A DNA stretch of 64,000 bases from Chiloscyllium plagiosum (lineage: Eukaryota), in contig NC_057718.1 of the NCBI RefSeq assembly GCF_004010195.1, forward strand, positions 35,873,817 to 35,937,816. Reading direction: 5' to 3'. The position numbers and the translations under genes are program-made. The notes under the pieces were generated by a model. It did no database searches. It worked only from the letters and a program-made list of their open reading frames with translations, and was not told the DNA's origin. Below, piece by piece: positions 24,479-37,415 of the stretch. The first letter of the stretch is position 1. The number at the start of each line of letters is the position of its first letter.

Positions 24479-25265
24479 GCAAGGTTTGTGAAGGTTTGTA
24501 GCTCAGGTTGAGGTTTAGGGTGTAAGTTTGCTCGCTGAGCTGTAGGTTTGATATCCAGACGTTTCATTACCTGGCTAGGTAACATCATCAGTGGCAACCT
24601 CCAAGTGAAGCAAAGCTGTTGTCTCCTGCTTTCTATTTATATGTTTGTCCTGGATGGGGTTCCTGGGGTTTGTGGTGATGTCATTTCCTGTTCATTTTCT
24701 GAGGGGTTGATATGTGGATCTATGTGCTTGATTATGGCGTTGTGGTTGGAGTGCCAGGCCTCTAGGAATTCTCTGGCATGTCTTTGCTTAGCCTGTCCCA
24801 GGATAGATGTGTTGTCCCAGTCGAATTGGTGGTTTCTTTCATCCGTGTTTAGGGCAACGAGGGAGAGAGGGTCGTGTCTTTTTGTGGCTAGCTGGTATTC
24901 GTGTATCCTGGTGGCTAACTTTCTTCCTGTTTGTCCTGCATAGTGTTTGTGGCAGTCCTTGCATGAAATTTTGTAGATGACGTTGGTTTTGTCCATGGGT
25001 TGTACTGGGTCTTTTAAGTTTGTTAGCTTTTGTTTGAGAGTGTTGGTGGGTTTGTGTGCTACTAGGATCTATCAACCCCTCAAAAATCAAACAGGAAATG
25101 ACATCACCACAAACCCCAGGAATTTCATGCAGGATAAACATATAAATAGAAAGCAGGAGACAACAGCTTCGCTTCACTTGGAGGTCGCCACTGATGATGT
25201 TACCTAGCCAGGTAATGAAACATCTGGATATCAAACCTACAGCTCAGCGAGCAAACCTACACCCT
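24479..25265 (-). mobile_element. Penelope-like family C element with GIY-YIG endonuclease, inverted repeats of about 200 bp and 14-bp TSD
   Basis: ORF 24637-24996 'NVIYKISCKDCHKHYAGQTGRKLATRIHEY...AREFLEAWHS'; arms about 24515-24722 and 25065-25267; TSD aaggaaacattatt at 24465-24478 and 25266-25279. Confidence 0.92.
24555..24594 (-). ncRNA. Hammerhead ribozyme motif (PLE family C); second copy on + at about 25188-25227
   Basis: Minus strand CCA-CTGATGA-T-GTTACC-TAGCCA-GGTAAT-GAAA-CGTC-TGG: stem I CCA/TGG, 6-bp stem II. Confidence 0.78.
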
Positions 25266-25412
25266 AAGGAAACATTATTTCCACATCCATCTTATCAAGA
25301 TTATTCAGGATTCATATATACTTCAATAAAATTAATCGTTCCTCTTCAAAATTCCAGTGCAAACAAATTCAGCCTTTCCAAAATTCCCTTACAAGGAAAT
25401 CCCTTCATTTCA

Positions 25413-25725
25413 TTTCCCTGGGGTAGGGGAGTCCAGAACTAGAGGGCATAGGTTTAGGGTGAGAGGGGAAAGATATAAAAGGGACCTGAGGGGCAACCTT
25501 TTCACCCATAGAGTAGTGTATGGAATGAGTTGCCAGAGAAAGTAGTGGAGGCTGGTACAATTACAACATTTAAGAGACAACTGGATGGGTATATTAATAG
25601 GGAGGGTTTAGAAGGATATGGGCTAAGTGCTGGCAAATGGGACTAGATTGGGTTGGGACATCTGGTCGGCCTGGATGAGTTAGACCGATGGGTTTGTTCC
25701 TGTACTGTACATGTCTATGACGCTA
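25413..25725 (+). mobile_element. HER1-like CR1 3' fragment
   Basis: 'FPGVGESRTRGHRFRVRGERYKRDLRGNLF' and 3' tail. Confidence 0.85.
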
Positions 25726-26671
25726 TAAATATTCTGTGTGGCGCCTCTTTTGTCCTTGACATTGCCTTTCTGATAGCCTGCGTTAATATCACATTTTCTC
25801 AAATGATGTTTGAAGGAGAGTTAATGGGCTACTGCTAGCTTTTTTTGCAGCTCATAAAACTAACATTGTAACCTCTTCCAACAAAACCCACAAGGTTTGT
25901 GGTCTTGGTATGACTATACTTAGCTGCTGGCTTGTAGTAAAACATTTTCTGACAGACTAGTTCATAAGTCTGAAATTCAAATTGTGGATAAACCTAAATT
26001 TAAATTTCTTTAAGTTAAATGCATATGCTATTCCATGCCAAAAATAACAATTTCAAAGTAGGGAGAAGCAAAATAGAAACTTAGTTCCACTATTTTTGTG
26101 TAGCTAACTATTTTGTTAATCATGCCATCATGATCTTATGAAATGAAATTTAATTTGGAAATTCTTCCACCTCCCACCTTAATCAATGTTTCGGTCTGTG
26201 AGTTACTCATTGAGCACTGGAGATTGTTCCATATCTTCCCTAAGCGGCCATTTTATAGTTGTGTACCTAAGTGACCATTGTCGCTTTTAAAATTTATAGA
26301 CTTAACAGATGCATTGTACTTCAGGATAAAATTAATTATATGTGATGCACTTTGAATTGTTTGAGGGATGTCATGAGGTATCGCATAAATATAAATCTAT
26401 TCCCTTTACAATTTTCCCAATCTTTGCATTAGAGAAATACAGGTCAAGTTGGCCAAAGTTCCTTATGCCTCTTTTATAGATACAGTTGCTAAAAAGTCCA
26501 CAATTGAATGTTGGATATCAGAACTGGACTTGTGCTGCCTCTTTGAAAAAGCACTTGTCCTTAGTCGCACATGCCAGCATTTGTCCAGTAACTGCCCAAT
26601 TTCTTTTAAAGTTTAAAATTATTTATACAATCATCTTTCAGCATCTTTTAAGGTAGAACTCAACAATTAGA

Positions 26672-27060
26672 CTGAGAGGGGAAGGATAAAAGAGAGGGAG
26701 GTTTAGGGTGTAGGTTTGCTCGCTGAGTTGTAGGTTTGATATCCAGCCATTTCATTACCTGGCTAGGTAACATCATCAGTGGCGACCTCCAAGCGAAGCC
26801 TATAAAGAGACTTAAGGGGCAACGTTTTCACGCAGAGGGTGGTACGTGTATGGACTGAGCTGCCAGAGGAAGTGGTGGAGTCTGGTACAATTGCAACATT
26901 TAAGAGGCATTTGGATGGGTATATGAATAGAAAAGGTTTGGAGGGATATGGGCCTGGTGCTGGCAGGTGGGACTACTTTGGGTTGGGATATCTGGTCGGC
27001 ATGGACAGGTTGGACCAAAGGGTCTGTTTCCATGCTGTACATCTCTATGACTCTATGAAC
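26672..27060 (+). mobile_element. HER1-like CR1 3' fragment interrupted by a PLE family C repeat (26698-26800, minus)
   Basis: 'VWTELPEEVVESGTIATFKRHLD'; insert carries tttcattacctggctaggtaacatcatcagtgg; approximate TSD ataaa(a)gaga. Confidence 0.85.
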
Positions 27061-27069
27061 TAATCTGAT

Positions 27070-27985
27070 ATGCAAGTTCTGAGCTGCCTCAAAATCATTT
27101 ACATTTTTTCATAAACAAGGAGACCAGAGTAGTTGAGGTGTTATCACACCAATGCCCAATACATCTTCATTTTTATGTTCACTTTCTCTCATGATAAAGA
27201 ATAATAATCCATGAACCTTCTTAGTTACTTACTGAAGATGAATACTAGTGACTCAGGCACTAGAAGACCTAAATTTCTCTGCACCTCAAGATCTTGCAGT
27301 CATTCTCCGTTTAAGTAACACACTGATTGTTGAATCATCCAGCCAAAGTGAACAACTTCACATATTCTCACATTATATTGCATCTGCTAGATTTTTGCTC
27401 ACTTATTCAACCTAATGAAATCCATCTACATTCTCCTTCTGTCCTCTTCACAACATACGTTGCTGCTTACGTTTATATCATCTGCCAATTTAGTTACCAT
27501 GCCTCTAGGTGACTCATGTAAGTTATTGGTATAAATTATAAAAACCTGAGGCTCCCAGCATAAGTCTCTTCAAGACTCCACGAATCACATCCAATCAGTA
27601 AAAGATCATTTGTGCATTTTGTCTGCTTTTTGCCAGCCAGCTAGACTTCTAACCATGTTAGTATATTACTGCCTATCTCATGAGCTTCTATTCATTCCAT
27701 GAAATAACACTTATGCAGCACTTGCCAAATGCCTTGTGGAAAGCCAAGCACAATACATCTGTAGGTGTCCCTTTTTCTACAGTATTTGTTATTCATTCAA
27801 AGAACTCCAATAAATTGGCTAAATATAATTTCTCTTTTGCAAAACTGGGCTGGCTCTTTCTGATTACCTTGAATTTTTCATTGCACCTTTCTATAAGCTC
27901 CTTAATGATCAATCCCAATACTTTTCACATGACAGACATTAAGCCAGCTGACCTATAGTACCCTGATTTCTATCTTCCTCTCATA
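27070..27985 (-). mobile_element. Ancient CR1 RT fragment
   Basis: caaatgccttgtggaaagccaag (DF-KAF motif on minus), ctgacctatagta (YR-VSL motif on minus). Confidence 0.6.
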
Positions 27986-28144
27986 CTTTAAGCTCATTCT
28001 CCTGATTATTCTTTTAGCCATCCTCTGTTGTTCTTTGTACTGTATCCAGCCATTTAATCTATGAGGCATCTTTGCACAATTATATACTTTTTTCTTAAGT
28101 CATTGCTGCAGAGGTGGGGAGAGATTGTAGTCATTCACACTCAC

Positions 28145-29184
28145 TTAAGATTTGGCTGGTTTCCTTCTTTACTTGGTTTTGAACTCAGAGACAGTGAGTC
28201 CAGGGGTTAATAGATTTTGAATATTGGCTAAGTTCACAAATTTTATGCGGTGTGAATTCCACTTAGACTTGGGATGCTCATTCAAGAAATGCCTCCACTC
28301 ATGGTCATTTAATTAGGAACATACAGAGGCCTGAGATACTTCTGAATCTTTGCTAAAATTGCAGAGGTCACTTGATCGTTGACATCCAAAGTAATATCCT
28401 GCACATAAAGAAAGGTAGCAGAATCCAGGCTGGTAAGGTCCCAGCTGACATTAATGAATAAGTCAGACCTCAGAATCAAATTGAAATGGTTTTCAAGCCA
28501 TACAGCAACCAAGGAGTTAAAATGATTATCAGTTGCTAAGCTTAAGCTGTCACCAACTCCATGCCATTATGTGGAGGATATCTCACCCTCAATGATGTGA
28601 TTCTCCTGAATCACTCTGATGTGCTAAATTCCACTGTGACTGCAACACATTTAGAATAGAGTCTAAACTGCAAGAAACTCTATTTTTGGAGAAAACTAAT
28701 GGTATAGAGTTATCTTATCACTCGTGAAAATAGAGACTGCTTTGATGTATTGACCTGCTGTTGGGTATTTATTTCAAATATCCAAATACAAAACCTAGCC
28801 TGGTAGACTCTAACTTTGTATCTTTTTCAAATGTGGAAGTCAGTTACAAAACACATTCAGAAGAGTGTGCCAGTGCACTTTTAAAATGAATAATTAAATA
28901 TGTTGTAAACAAGAAAAAACAGTAACAATATTCACGAGACGAAAAGGTTGGAAATGTTTAATTTCAGTCTTCAGAAAAGAGTTCAAATTCACACCATTCC
29001 TTTCACTCCAGCAATATCCTTTTACTCACCAAAACTCCAGAGAAGAGTCACCAGTATCTCCACACCAGGATTTCTTACACAGGTTAGCACAGCTGCACAC
29101 AGTTTCCTTCCAGTGAATTTCCTTCTAGTGCACATGCACTAGAAGTTATTTCTTTCAGCTGTAAGATATCTATCCCTGAGACAC
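28145..29184 (-). pseudogene. Candidate degraded gene: leader-like exon 29030-29184 plus a 495-nt disrupted exon 28145-28639
   Basis: Acceptor ctttgttttag, ATG at 29135, 35-codon peptide ending 'VEILVTLLWSF', phase-1 donor G|GTGAGTA; next acceptor tgtgttgcag and donor AA|GTGAGT; stops and frameshifts in the second exon. Confidence 0.4.
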
Positions 29185-32100
29185 CTAAAACAAAGTGCAT
29201 ACTATACTCACTATTTCTTTGACTTCAGAACAAGTGCATAATTCCCTTCAACTCAGATTCGAGAAAGATTCTGACCCTCCTGTGCATCTTGCTTAGCCTG
29301 AGAGGTCCTTAAGCTGCGACATCTTTGTGTGGAGGGTTTGGGCATCCACTGGACATTGCTCCTGATCCTGGGCTTGTTGGGACATCTGTTCCTTGCTGTG
29401 ACTGGATCTATCAGTCACACTTACAATGAATCTGTGTGAGAGCAGAAGAAACAGAGCAGTCCTTATTAATGTAAGGATCACATACAAATAATGGTTTTAT
29501 GCACATCTCCATGCAATGGGACATTGACTATTCAGACAGGATGACAATGGAATGAATGACTTGGCACTTTGACATTGGACCTTATTCCAATGACTGTATC
29601 ATCAGTCATGTGAGAGAGACAGGTGATTGTTAGTGCCGTATGAGCAATGAAACCTTCTCCACTCAGATGGCATTATTGCTTATAAGAGAATATTGCATTA
29701 TGCTTATTGTTCTGTGGACAAGGAATCGTGTCTGTGCCTGTGTGCAGCCCAGGAGCTCTTGCATTAGCTGTATGTGTTGTAGTCCACATGTGCCTCTTTT
29801 AGGGTTGCCTCTCAAACTTCTGCCTCACAGATATACCTATCTGCAAATTGTGAGGATCAATACTATGAACTGCATTGCTTGTAACTGGCATATGCCTCCA
29901 TATCTCTTGCATTACATGCATTTCCCAATAATGTGATTGCAAATGATCTCATCCTGCATTCTGCAAATGCATGATTGATCCAATTGTCTCTTGAAGGATC
30001 TGTCATCACTCAAAAGTTCAACTTCCACTTTTGGTGACCAAATATTCACTGACTCTACTCAGTGTGTTACTCGAGACAATTTCCTTTCATACATCGCATT
30101 CAGCACCTGAAGCCAATGCAGGTCACGCTCAACACTGAGTGCCAGCTTCAGCCTGGTCACCAGGTACACACCCCAAAACCTCCATGTCCTTTTCTACCTA
30201 GCTCTGCCTGCACAGCCCATCTCTACCTCACCTCTACACGTTCCCATCCACTACTTCAAGTCCACAAGCACTTTACCCCCTGAGCTCTATCACGCCCACT
30301 ATCACACTGCTTTGCCACTCTATTGAGGTCCTAGTGGTGGTCCTGTCCTATCACGCACGTCCTCCGATGCAGTACTGGCTCATCTCATCCTTTATTTATC
30401 AAATTTCCTATTCTCACTATGTTCTCTGCTTCCCAAATTGCTGCCTCCAGTGTTGAATCCACTCACCTCCCTATCTTAACAATGTCCCTAAATAGCCACC
30501 CAATGCTTATTCTTTTGACCACAGGACTGAAAGTGCTGCACCCCACTGACCACTGGATAGACAGCCCAAATGACCAGGCCTCTGGGCAATCTTTGTGCAT
30601 CTCCCCAACCGATGGTCCTCCAATCCCCTGACCTGCAGGACCGACTGTGGCCTTTTCCCTGGACTCTAATGAAACTGACCTCTGACTCCAGACTAGCCCA
30701 AGGGAATGTCTGACCATGCCCAAACCCCCAGACTGATCACAGATGTTCCCTTTGACTCACTGCATGGTACACCCATCCCACGAATGATAGCAGTCCCCCT
30801 TGACTTGATTGAGAATTATTGCCCTTTGACTTTGAGTCATGGGCATTTGGTTGAATGACATGCAGTGTGTTTGCCTCATAGACTGTTGCCACATGTTGTA
30901 AGTCTGAGACTGACATAGCACTGTGCAGTGCAGCAACATATCCATTACTGCCATTACTGATGACTCCAGACAAGCCTGACAAGCTGCATGGATCTGTGTC
31001 TGCACTAAATGAAAGGTGAGACAGAAGTAGCACAACCCTTTAAAATGGAGGTGAAGGGATAAAGTGCTGAAAGGAAAGAGAAGGATTCTGTGAGCATCCA
31101 GGTAGACAGTAAATGAGTGAGCTTCAAGGCAGCAAATGAGCAACCCTGAGATGCAGCCTAGTCCAATCTGTGAACTGGGTTTCTCTGCCTGCATGCATAG
31201 TGTCCTTGTAGCAGCATTGTAATGATAGGTGCTAGTGCAGCCCAAAATACAGCATGACAATGCATAAGTGTACTGTTGGAATCCAAGATGTGCCATGGTG
31301 GTATGAAGAGGCTCTCATATGTCTCCTGCAATGTCCTTAAGATATGTGTGGTCACTGCCCATGGAGCAAACAGTGTTGCCAGGTACCCACTCTGACTTTC
31401 ATGTCAAGAATTCTTGACATCTAGTTTCTATCCATTAATGAGGGAGATTAAGTAATAGTAAAAGTGAGAATGACGAATAACATCCATAAATTGGCCTCTT
31501 GATTCTCATTAATGAGTATCTTGTGTCAATATCCAGAACTTAGTTGGAAATTGTGTCTTGTTACTCTGAATATCAAGAAAGATCTCATTCAGCTTTTCAT
31601 GTGGTTCCCCCTACTTCCTTGCCATAGGCCATATCATTCATGTCCTGGGAAGATTCCCCTCATATTTTGTATTTTATAATTGCTCAGACTATGTCATTTC
31701 TAAAACGGTTTGAGTTGCTGCCTCTTTAAACTGTACTCACATTGGTCCATTATCAATAACAGAGTCTTATCCTTATAACAGTCTATCACCAAATTAATTT
31801 TCTTACGTTACGTGAAATTCATTTCACAGTAATACCTTCACAATCTCTCTTCAGACATGTATTTTGCATGCATTTACAGTTAACTTATATTTTGCAAATC
31901 CCCTTTCATTTTGTGTGACAAAATTTGAAAACCGCACCTTGTTCTTCTTCAGCACATATTATTGATCAAAATCTTTATGAGATATAGAACTTTAAAGAAG
32001 ATGAAGTTTAACTTGCAGCCTTATAATGCCTTGATGAGATATCACAGAATGTTCAGTGAGATGCAATGTTTGGCTGGGATCTTGTTAAAAGGATCCAAGC

Positions 32101-32689
32101 TTGATAACAATAAAATAATCCAAAGTTCAGTTCTGAAGCCTAGTGGGAGAATGAAGTCAAGTTGTAGACAAAATGCTGACAGCTTATAGTACCGACTCCT
32201 CTTCACACATTACCATTATCTTTGCTCACCTGTATTGTTTTGGATCCCCTTTCGATGTCCAATTTAAAAGTTTATCCCGTGTGTGAATCATTTCCCTATG
32301 ACTGTAATTTCCTCTGACCAGCCCCAGAACTCTTTGCTCTGATTTGTGGCTCTTGGATGCCTCTGTCCTAGCATTGTTGGCTATGGCTTCATCAATCTAC
32401 ATCCGACACCTCGGACTTGCTCTCCATATGGCACACGGCCACTGCCTCTTCATCTCCCCTTCAAGCCTTCCTTAAGAAACAGCTTTTCTTCCAGGCTTTT
32501 GGTTATCCCTTTCTGTACCTCTTTCCTTCACTTGCTGTTTAGTTTTACTAATTATGCTCCTGTGACCAACTTGGAATGTTTTATTTTAACATAAATGTAA
32601 ATTATCACTGTTGTTTGAAAAACAATGCAAGTATAGCGGGCTACCATCGGTCCCTGGGTGAGGTTCCACATTTTATTAATTTTCCAAGC

Positions 32690-32907
32690 AGGATATAGGT
32701 TGTTTTATTATAACGTGCATTTTATCAACACAAATTCGCTGTAATGCGATTGACGAATTGGGGACGCTGTTTCTACAGCACAAACTTTTAAAGCATGTGT
32801 TGGCTGTAACTCGATTACAGCACCAACATTTTAACCGCTGTTTCTAAATTTTTCTATAACACAGGGTTGCACAAGAACGCAACCATTGCACTATAGAAGA
32901 ACTGACT
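32690..32907. mobile_element. Possible non-autonomous DNA transposon (Tigger-like MITE)
   Basis: Repeated (t)tataac(g)/gctgtaa subterminal motifs and terminal agaactgactac; TIR pair not cleanly resolved. Confidence 0.3.
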
Positions 32908-33069
32908 ACTCCAAATTGTGAAGCTCCCAGGTGGGGAGAAATGAACTAACTCCCTTCTTAATTCACCTGCCCCGACTTTGTTGGCTGCTACAAAGTTAAT
33001 TAGAAAAGGATTCACTCCCTTGCGGATACCTTTATCCTAGACTAAATAAACTCATGTATTCAAAACACT

Positions 33070-33220
33070 GAGTCATAGAGTCATAAAGTAGAGTCTTACA
33101 GTACAGAGACTGACATTTTTGTCTAACCAGTCCATGCCGACCATAATCGGACCATGCCAACCTGCCTACATTTGACCCGTAGCCCTGCAAACATCTCTTA
33201 TTTATAAACTTGTCCAAATG
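33070..33220 (-). mobile_element. CR1 3' end fragment
   Basis: gagtcatagagtcat...acagtacagagactgac tail. Confidence 0.7.
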
Positions 33221-33459
33221 TGCTTATCAGTCTCTGAGCCACTCATGCAGAGTAGAATGTTGTGGCCAAAATTTTGGGTGACACTGGTGGCATTGATATT
33301 GGTGGTTGAATATTCAGTTTTGAGATTCTTGGCTTTGTGGAGTTGACTGAAATTCTTTTCCCCTGGTTCCTTTCACCGGTGGCTTGCTGTTAGCATACAG
33401 AACAATAAACCACCTTTTCCTTTTGTTTAACTACAGTGCAAAATTTTTCAAATTGTGAC

Positions 33460-34724
33460 ATTCACAGCTCCAAAGTCCACACAACAATACATCCCACTTC
33501 TGACCTTTAAACAACAGCCAAACCTGAAACAGACCATTGTTCACAACAAACTGCCCAGCCTTCAGGAGAACTTCGACCACAACACTGTACAACTTTGTCA
33601 CAGCAACCACTGCAAGACATGTCAGAATGCCGATTTAAGTACCATCATTACATGTGGGGACACCATCCACCATGTTTGCAGCAAGTACTCAGGTGACTCG
33701 GCCAGCTTTGTCTATCTGATATGCTGCAGGTAAGGATGCCCCAAAGCATGGTACATTGGTGAGACCGAGCAGAGGCTACGACAATGGATGAATGGACACC
33801 ACGCAACAATCGCCAGACAGGGATGTTCCCTCCCTGTTGGGAACACTTCAGCGGCCAGGGACATTCGGCCTCGGATCTTCGGGTGACCATCCCCCAAGGC
33901 AGACTTTGGGAAATGCAACATGCAGATTGGCCGAGCAGAGGCTGATAACCAAGTTCAGTACCCATGAGGATGGCCTCAACCGGGACCTTGGGTTCATGTC
34001 ACACTACAGGTGGCCCATTACACTATACACTCACACAAAAATACACATACACACACACTCGTACATACTCGCACACTCACAGAGACCCTTTCATACACAT
34101 GATCTCTTTCAGGCACACACACACCCCACTCCAAACTCACACCTATGTGCACACCCTCTCACAGGCATATATTCATTCAAACGTGCGTGCGAGCGTGTGC
34201 GCACACACACACACACATAAGTCTATGGGTGAATTTGCAAATGCAGAATTTATTTGCAGATACATTCTATTTTGTTCTAAAAGCACACAATCTGTAGACA
34301 GTCAATATTGTATATAATCTATTTGACATTTTATAAATTCCTACTTTGGAAATAGAACCAGTCTGACTCAAGATTGGGATACAGACCGACTCTAACCTCT
34401 CACCTTTAATGCATTGTCTGAGCTGAGATGTCACCCTTTTTAAAATAAAATCTTAAATTAGTTCAGGAATGTGACAGAAGAAATTCTGGGATTTACATAT
34501 TAATGAAGCGAGACCTGCAACCCATTCTAAAAGATGAGAGACTTAACAGCAATCTGGGTTTGTTCAATATATCACATCAGTATCTGACATTATGATCTTT
34601 TGCTATAAATTCTGTGTCCTATGATCCTACTCCACTAGCTACTTGATGAAGCAGCAGCGCTCCAAAAACATATATTTCCAAGTAAACCTGTTGGACTATA
34701 ACCTGGTGTTGTGTGATTTTTTTA
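33460..34724 (+). mobile_element. Penelope-like family A element, 3' part with GIY-YIG endonuclease
   Basis: 'CHSNHCKTCQ...VYLICCR*GCPKAWYIGETEQRLRQWMNGHH' GIY-YIG; CA-rich 3' region at 34020-34215; ends in the family A repeat (cttgatgaagcagcagcgctcc...gtgtgattttt). Confidence 0.9.
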
Positions 34725-35136
34725 ACCAGTACGTTAGGCCACTACCAAGCACAGAACAGGGATTACAGTTAGTTTTTAATCCCATTTTTTGTATATCTCT
34801 GGAAGGGTAAAACATAAATATGTCTTCAGGCATGTTGTGAGGGGGTTGGGTAGTCAGCCTCTCATTACCTCTTCCTGTTTGAAGGAAGAGGTCATTCTTT
34901 TTGAAATTTCTCTGACCATGTAGATTGTGACATTCACAGAACTCCACCTGTCAGTCACTACATCCACAATCCATAGAAGCATACTTTTCAAAACATACGT
35001 TAGAATTACAAGTTCAATACATCCATAAGTACTTTATTGGTCTGATCTGTCAACATGACACCTGGCATGGATTCTTTTCATGTTCTTTCAATTATTTTGC
35101 TATTCCATTCTAGCATTGCAGCTTTGTTATAAAGTT

Positions 35137-35620
35137 ATAGAGTCAGAGTCTTACAGCATGGAAACTGACCCTTTGGTCCAACCAATCCATGCCGACGATA
35201 ATCTCAAACTAAACTAGTCCCACCTGCCTGCTCATAGTCCATATCCCTCCAAACATTTCTTATTGTCCAATGTCTTTTAAATGTTGTAAATGTACCCACA
35301 TACACCACTTCCTCTGGAAGTTCATTCCACATACAAACCACTCTGTGTAAAAAAAGTTGTCCCACATGCCTTTTTAAAGTCTTTCTCCCCTCACCTTAAA
35401 AATATGCCGCCATATCTTGAAATCCCCAACCCTATGGAAAAGGCATCTGCCAGTCACCTTACCTATACCCATCATGATTGTACAAATATCTATAAGATCA
35501 CCTCTCAACCTCCCATATTCCAGTGAAAAAAGTCCCAGCCTATCCAGCCTCTCTTTGTAACTCAAACCCTCCATTCCTGGGAATATCCTGGAAAATGTTT
35601 TCTGAACCCTCTCTAGCTTA
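35137..35620 (-). mobile_element. CR1 3' fragment inserted into a putative pseudogene exon
   Basis: '[34 protein letters not shown]'; tail tatagagtcagagtc. Confidence 0.88.
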
Positions 35621-36843
35621 ATTTTTAGCTTCCTATAATCTCTGACATATGTTGATTGATAATTCATTTCCTTCTTCATTGCTTTAGCTATGTTTTCCAT
35701 CTTCACTCTAGGCTATGTTCAAGGGTAAACCTGAGGTGCCTATGTCACACAGAATATTTCATTTGTCTCAATGTTTAAGCAGATTTGTTTGTTCCCAGGG
35801 AATGAACAGCCAACCTTTTACTCTCTCAATTTTATTAGGATATCTGAAGATCATGGACCAGCAGGAACCTACTTACCTTGGACTTGGTTGTTGGCTTAAG
35901 TTGATTATTGACTGAGCTTGCTGCTGTGATCTTTTGTCTTTGATAATTTGGTCCAATTTTACTTCACCCCATTTGTCTTGCTCAAGGCAATGAATTAAGC
36001 AAACCCCTTTTTAACAATTGTGTTTATATATTGCATTGCCTGCCCAAACAGAATCTTAAAAACCACAGCTCTACGCCTTTCAATCCTGTATCATTATACT
36101 ATATCCAACACTACATAAACTGGCCCAAAAGGATTGTGAATGTGGAACAACCCACTTGCTAGGTAGTAGTTGCTTCACAATAATGTTCATGCATGGTCAA
36201 TGTCATGAACTCTTTTAATGGACTGACCAGTCTCTAAGACTAGTTATTTAAATTTCTTCATTTTCCTTGAATTGAACATTGATGCATGTTATCTCACTTT
36301 CCTAGGTTTGGATTTCCAGTACTGTGTCTACCTTGTTATAGTCAAATCATCTATGGAGTCTTACACTGGGGTAGGCCACTGATATTAGAACTGTAAGTAC
36401 ACACCTAACAAGTGGGTCTCTCTCAGGCCATTCATTGTCGCAGATTCTTGATGTAAGCATGATATCTAGCAGGGTCATGAGCTGCAGGTTTGACTGAACA
36501 AATTTATTTTTGACTCTCAGATCTTTGGACACATGGAGCAGGGTATTCCATGACGTAGTGGGATCTGGAATGCAGGATTTGCTTCTTTTTCTTTCCTTCT
36601 TTGTCACTTCTCTCCTCATTATCAAGATATTGAGGCTTAAAATGTGATGCAGCTTGATGGACAAGTTGTTATCATTCTGAGTGACTAGTAGCAAAAACCC
36701 TGCAGTCTTTGTCAACATTGCTGCACTTAAAATAGAACTTCAGGATGTTCTTGAACCATTTTCCCAGAGGGTAAAATTGGTTTAGACCAGTATGAAACCC
36801 ATATGAAACTAGACCAAAATATACTGGCATATATTGGTTTTTA

Positions 36844-37415
36844 GCTGAAAATGTGTTGCTGGAAAAGCGCAGCTGGTCAGGCAGCATCCAAGGAGCAGGA
36901 GAATCGACGTTTCGGGCATGAGCCCTTCTTCAGGAATGAGGAAAGTGTGCCAAGCAGGTTAAGATAAAAGGTAGAGAGGAGGAACTTGGGAGAGGGGCGT
37001 TGGAAATGCGATAGGTGGAAGGAGGTTAAGGTGAGGGTGATAAGGTGAGGGCGATAGGCCAGAGTGGGGGACCTGCATGTCCTTGGTGGAGTGGGAGGGG
37101 GAGTTGAAGTGTTGAGCCACTGGGTGGTTGGGTTGGTTGGTCCGGGTGTGCCAGAGGTGTTCTCTGAAACGTTCCGCAAGTAGGCGGCCTGTCTCCCCAA
37201 TATAGAGGAGGCCACATCGGGTGCAGCGGATGCAGTAAATGATGTGTGTGGAGGTACAGGTGAATTTGTGGTGGATATGGAAGGATCCCTTGGGGCCTTG
37301 GAGGGAAGTAAGGGGGGAGGTGTGGGCGCAGGTTTTGCATTTCTTGCGGTTGCAGGGGAAGGTGCCGGGAATGGTGGGGGGTGTGGACTTGATGAGGGAG
37401 TCACGGAGAGAGTGG
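36844..37415 (-). mobile_element. Penelope-like family B element with GIY-YIG and 14-bp TSD
   Basis: Minus frame 'GTFPCNRKKCKTC...IIYCIRCTRCGLLYIGETGRLLAERFREH'; terminal hammerhead repeat at about 36900-36937; TSD tatattggttttta (36830-36843) and tatactggttttta (37416-37429). Confidence 0.92.

Noticed and set aside
36877..37404. 175-aa Pro/Thr-rich ORF
   Set aside because: Alternative frame over the PLE GIY-YIG region.
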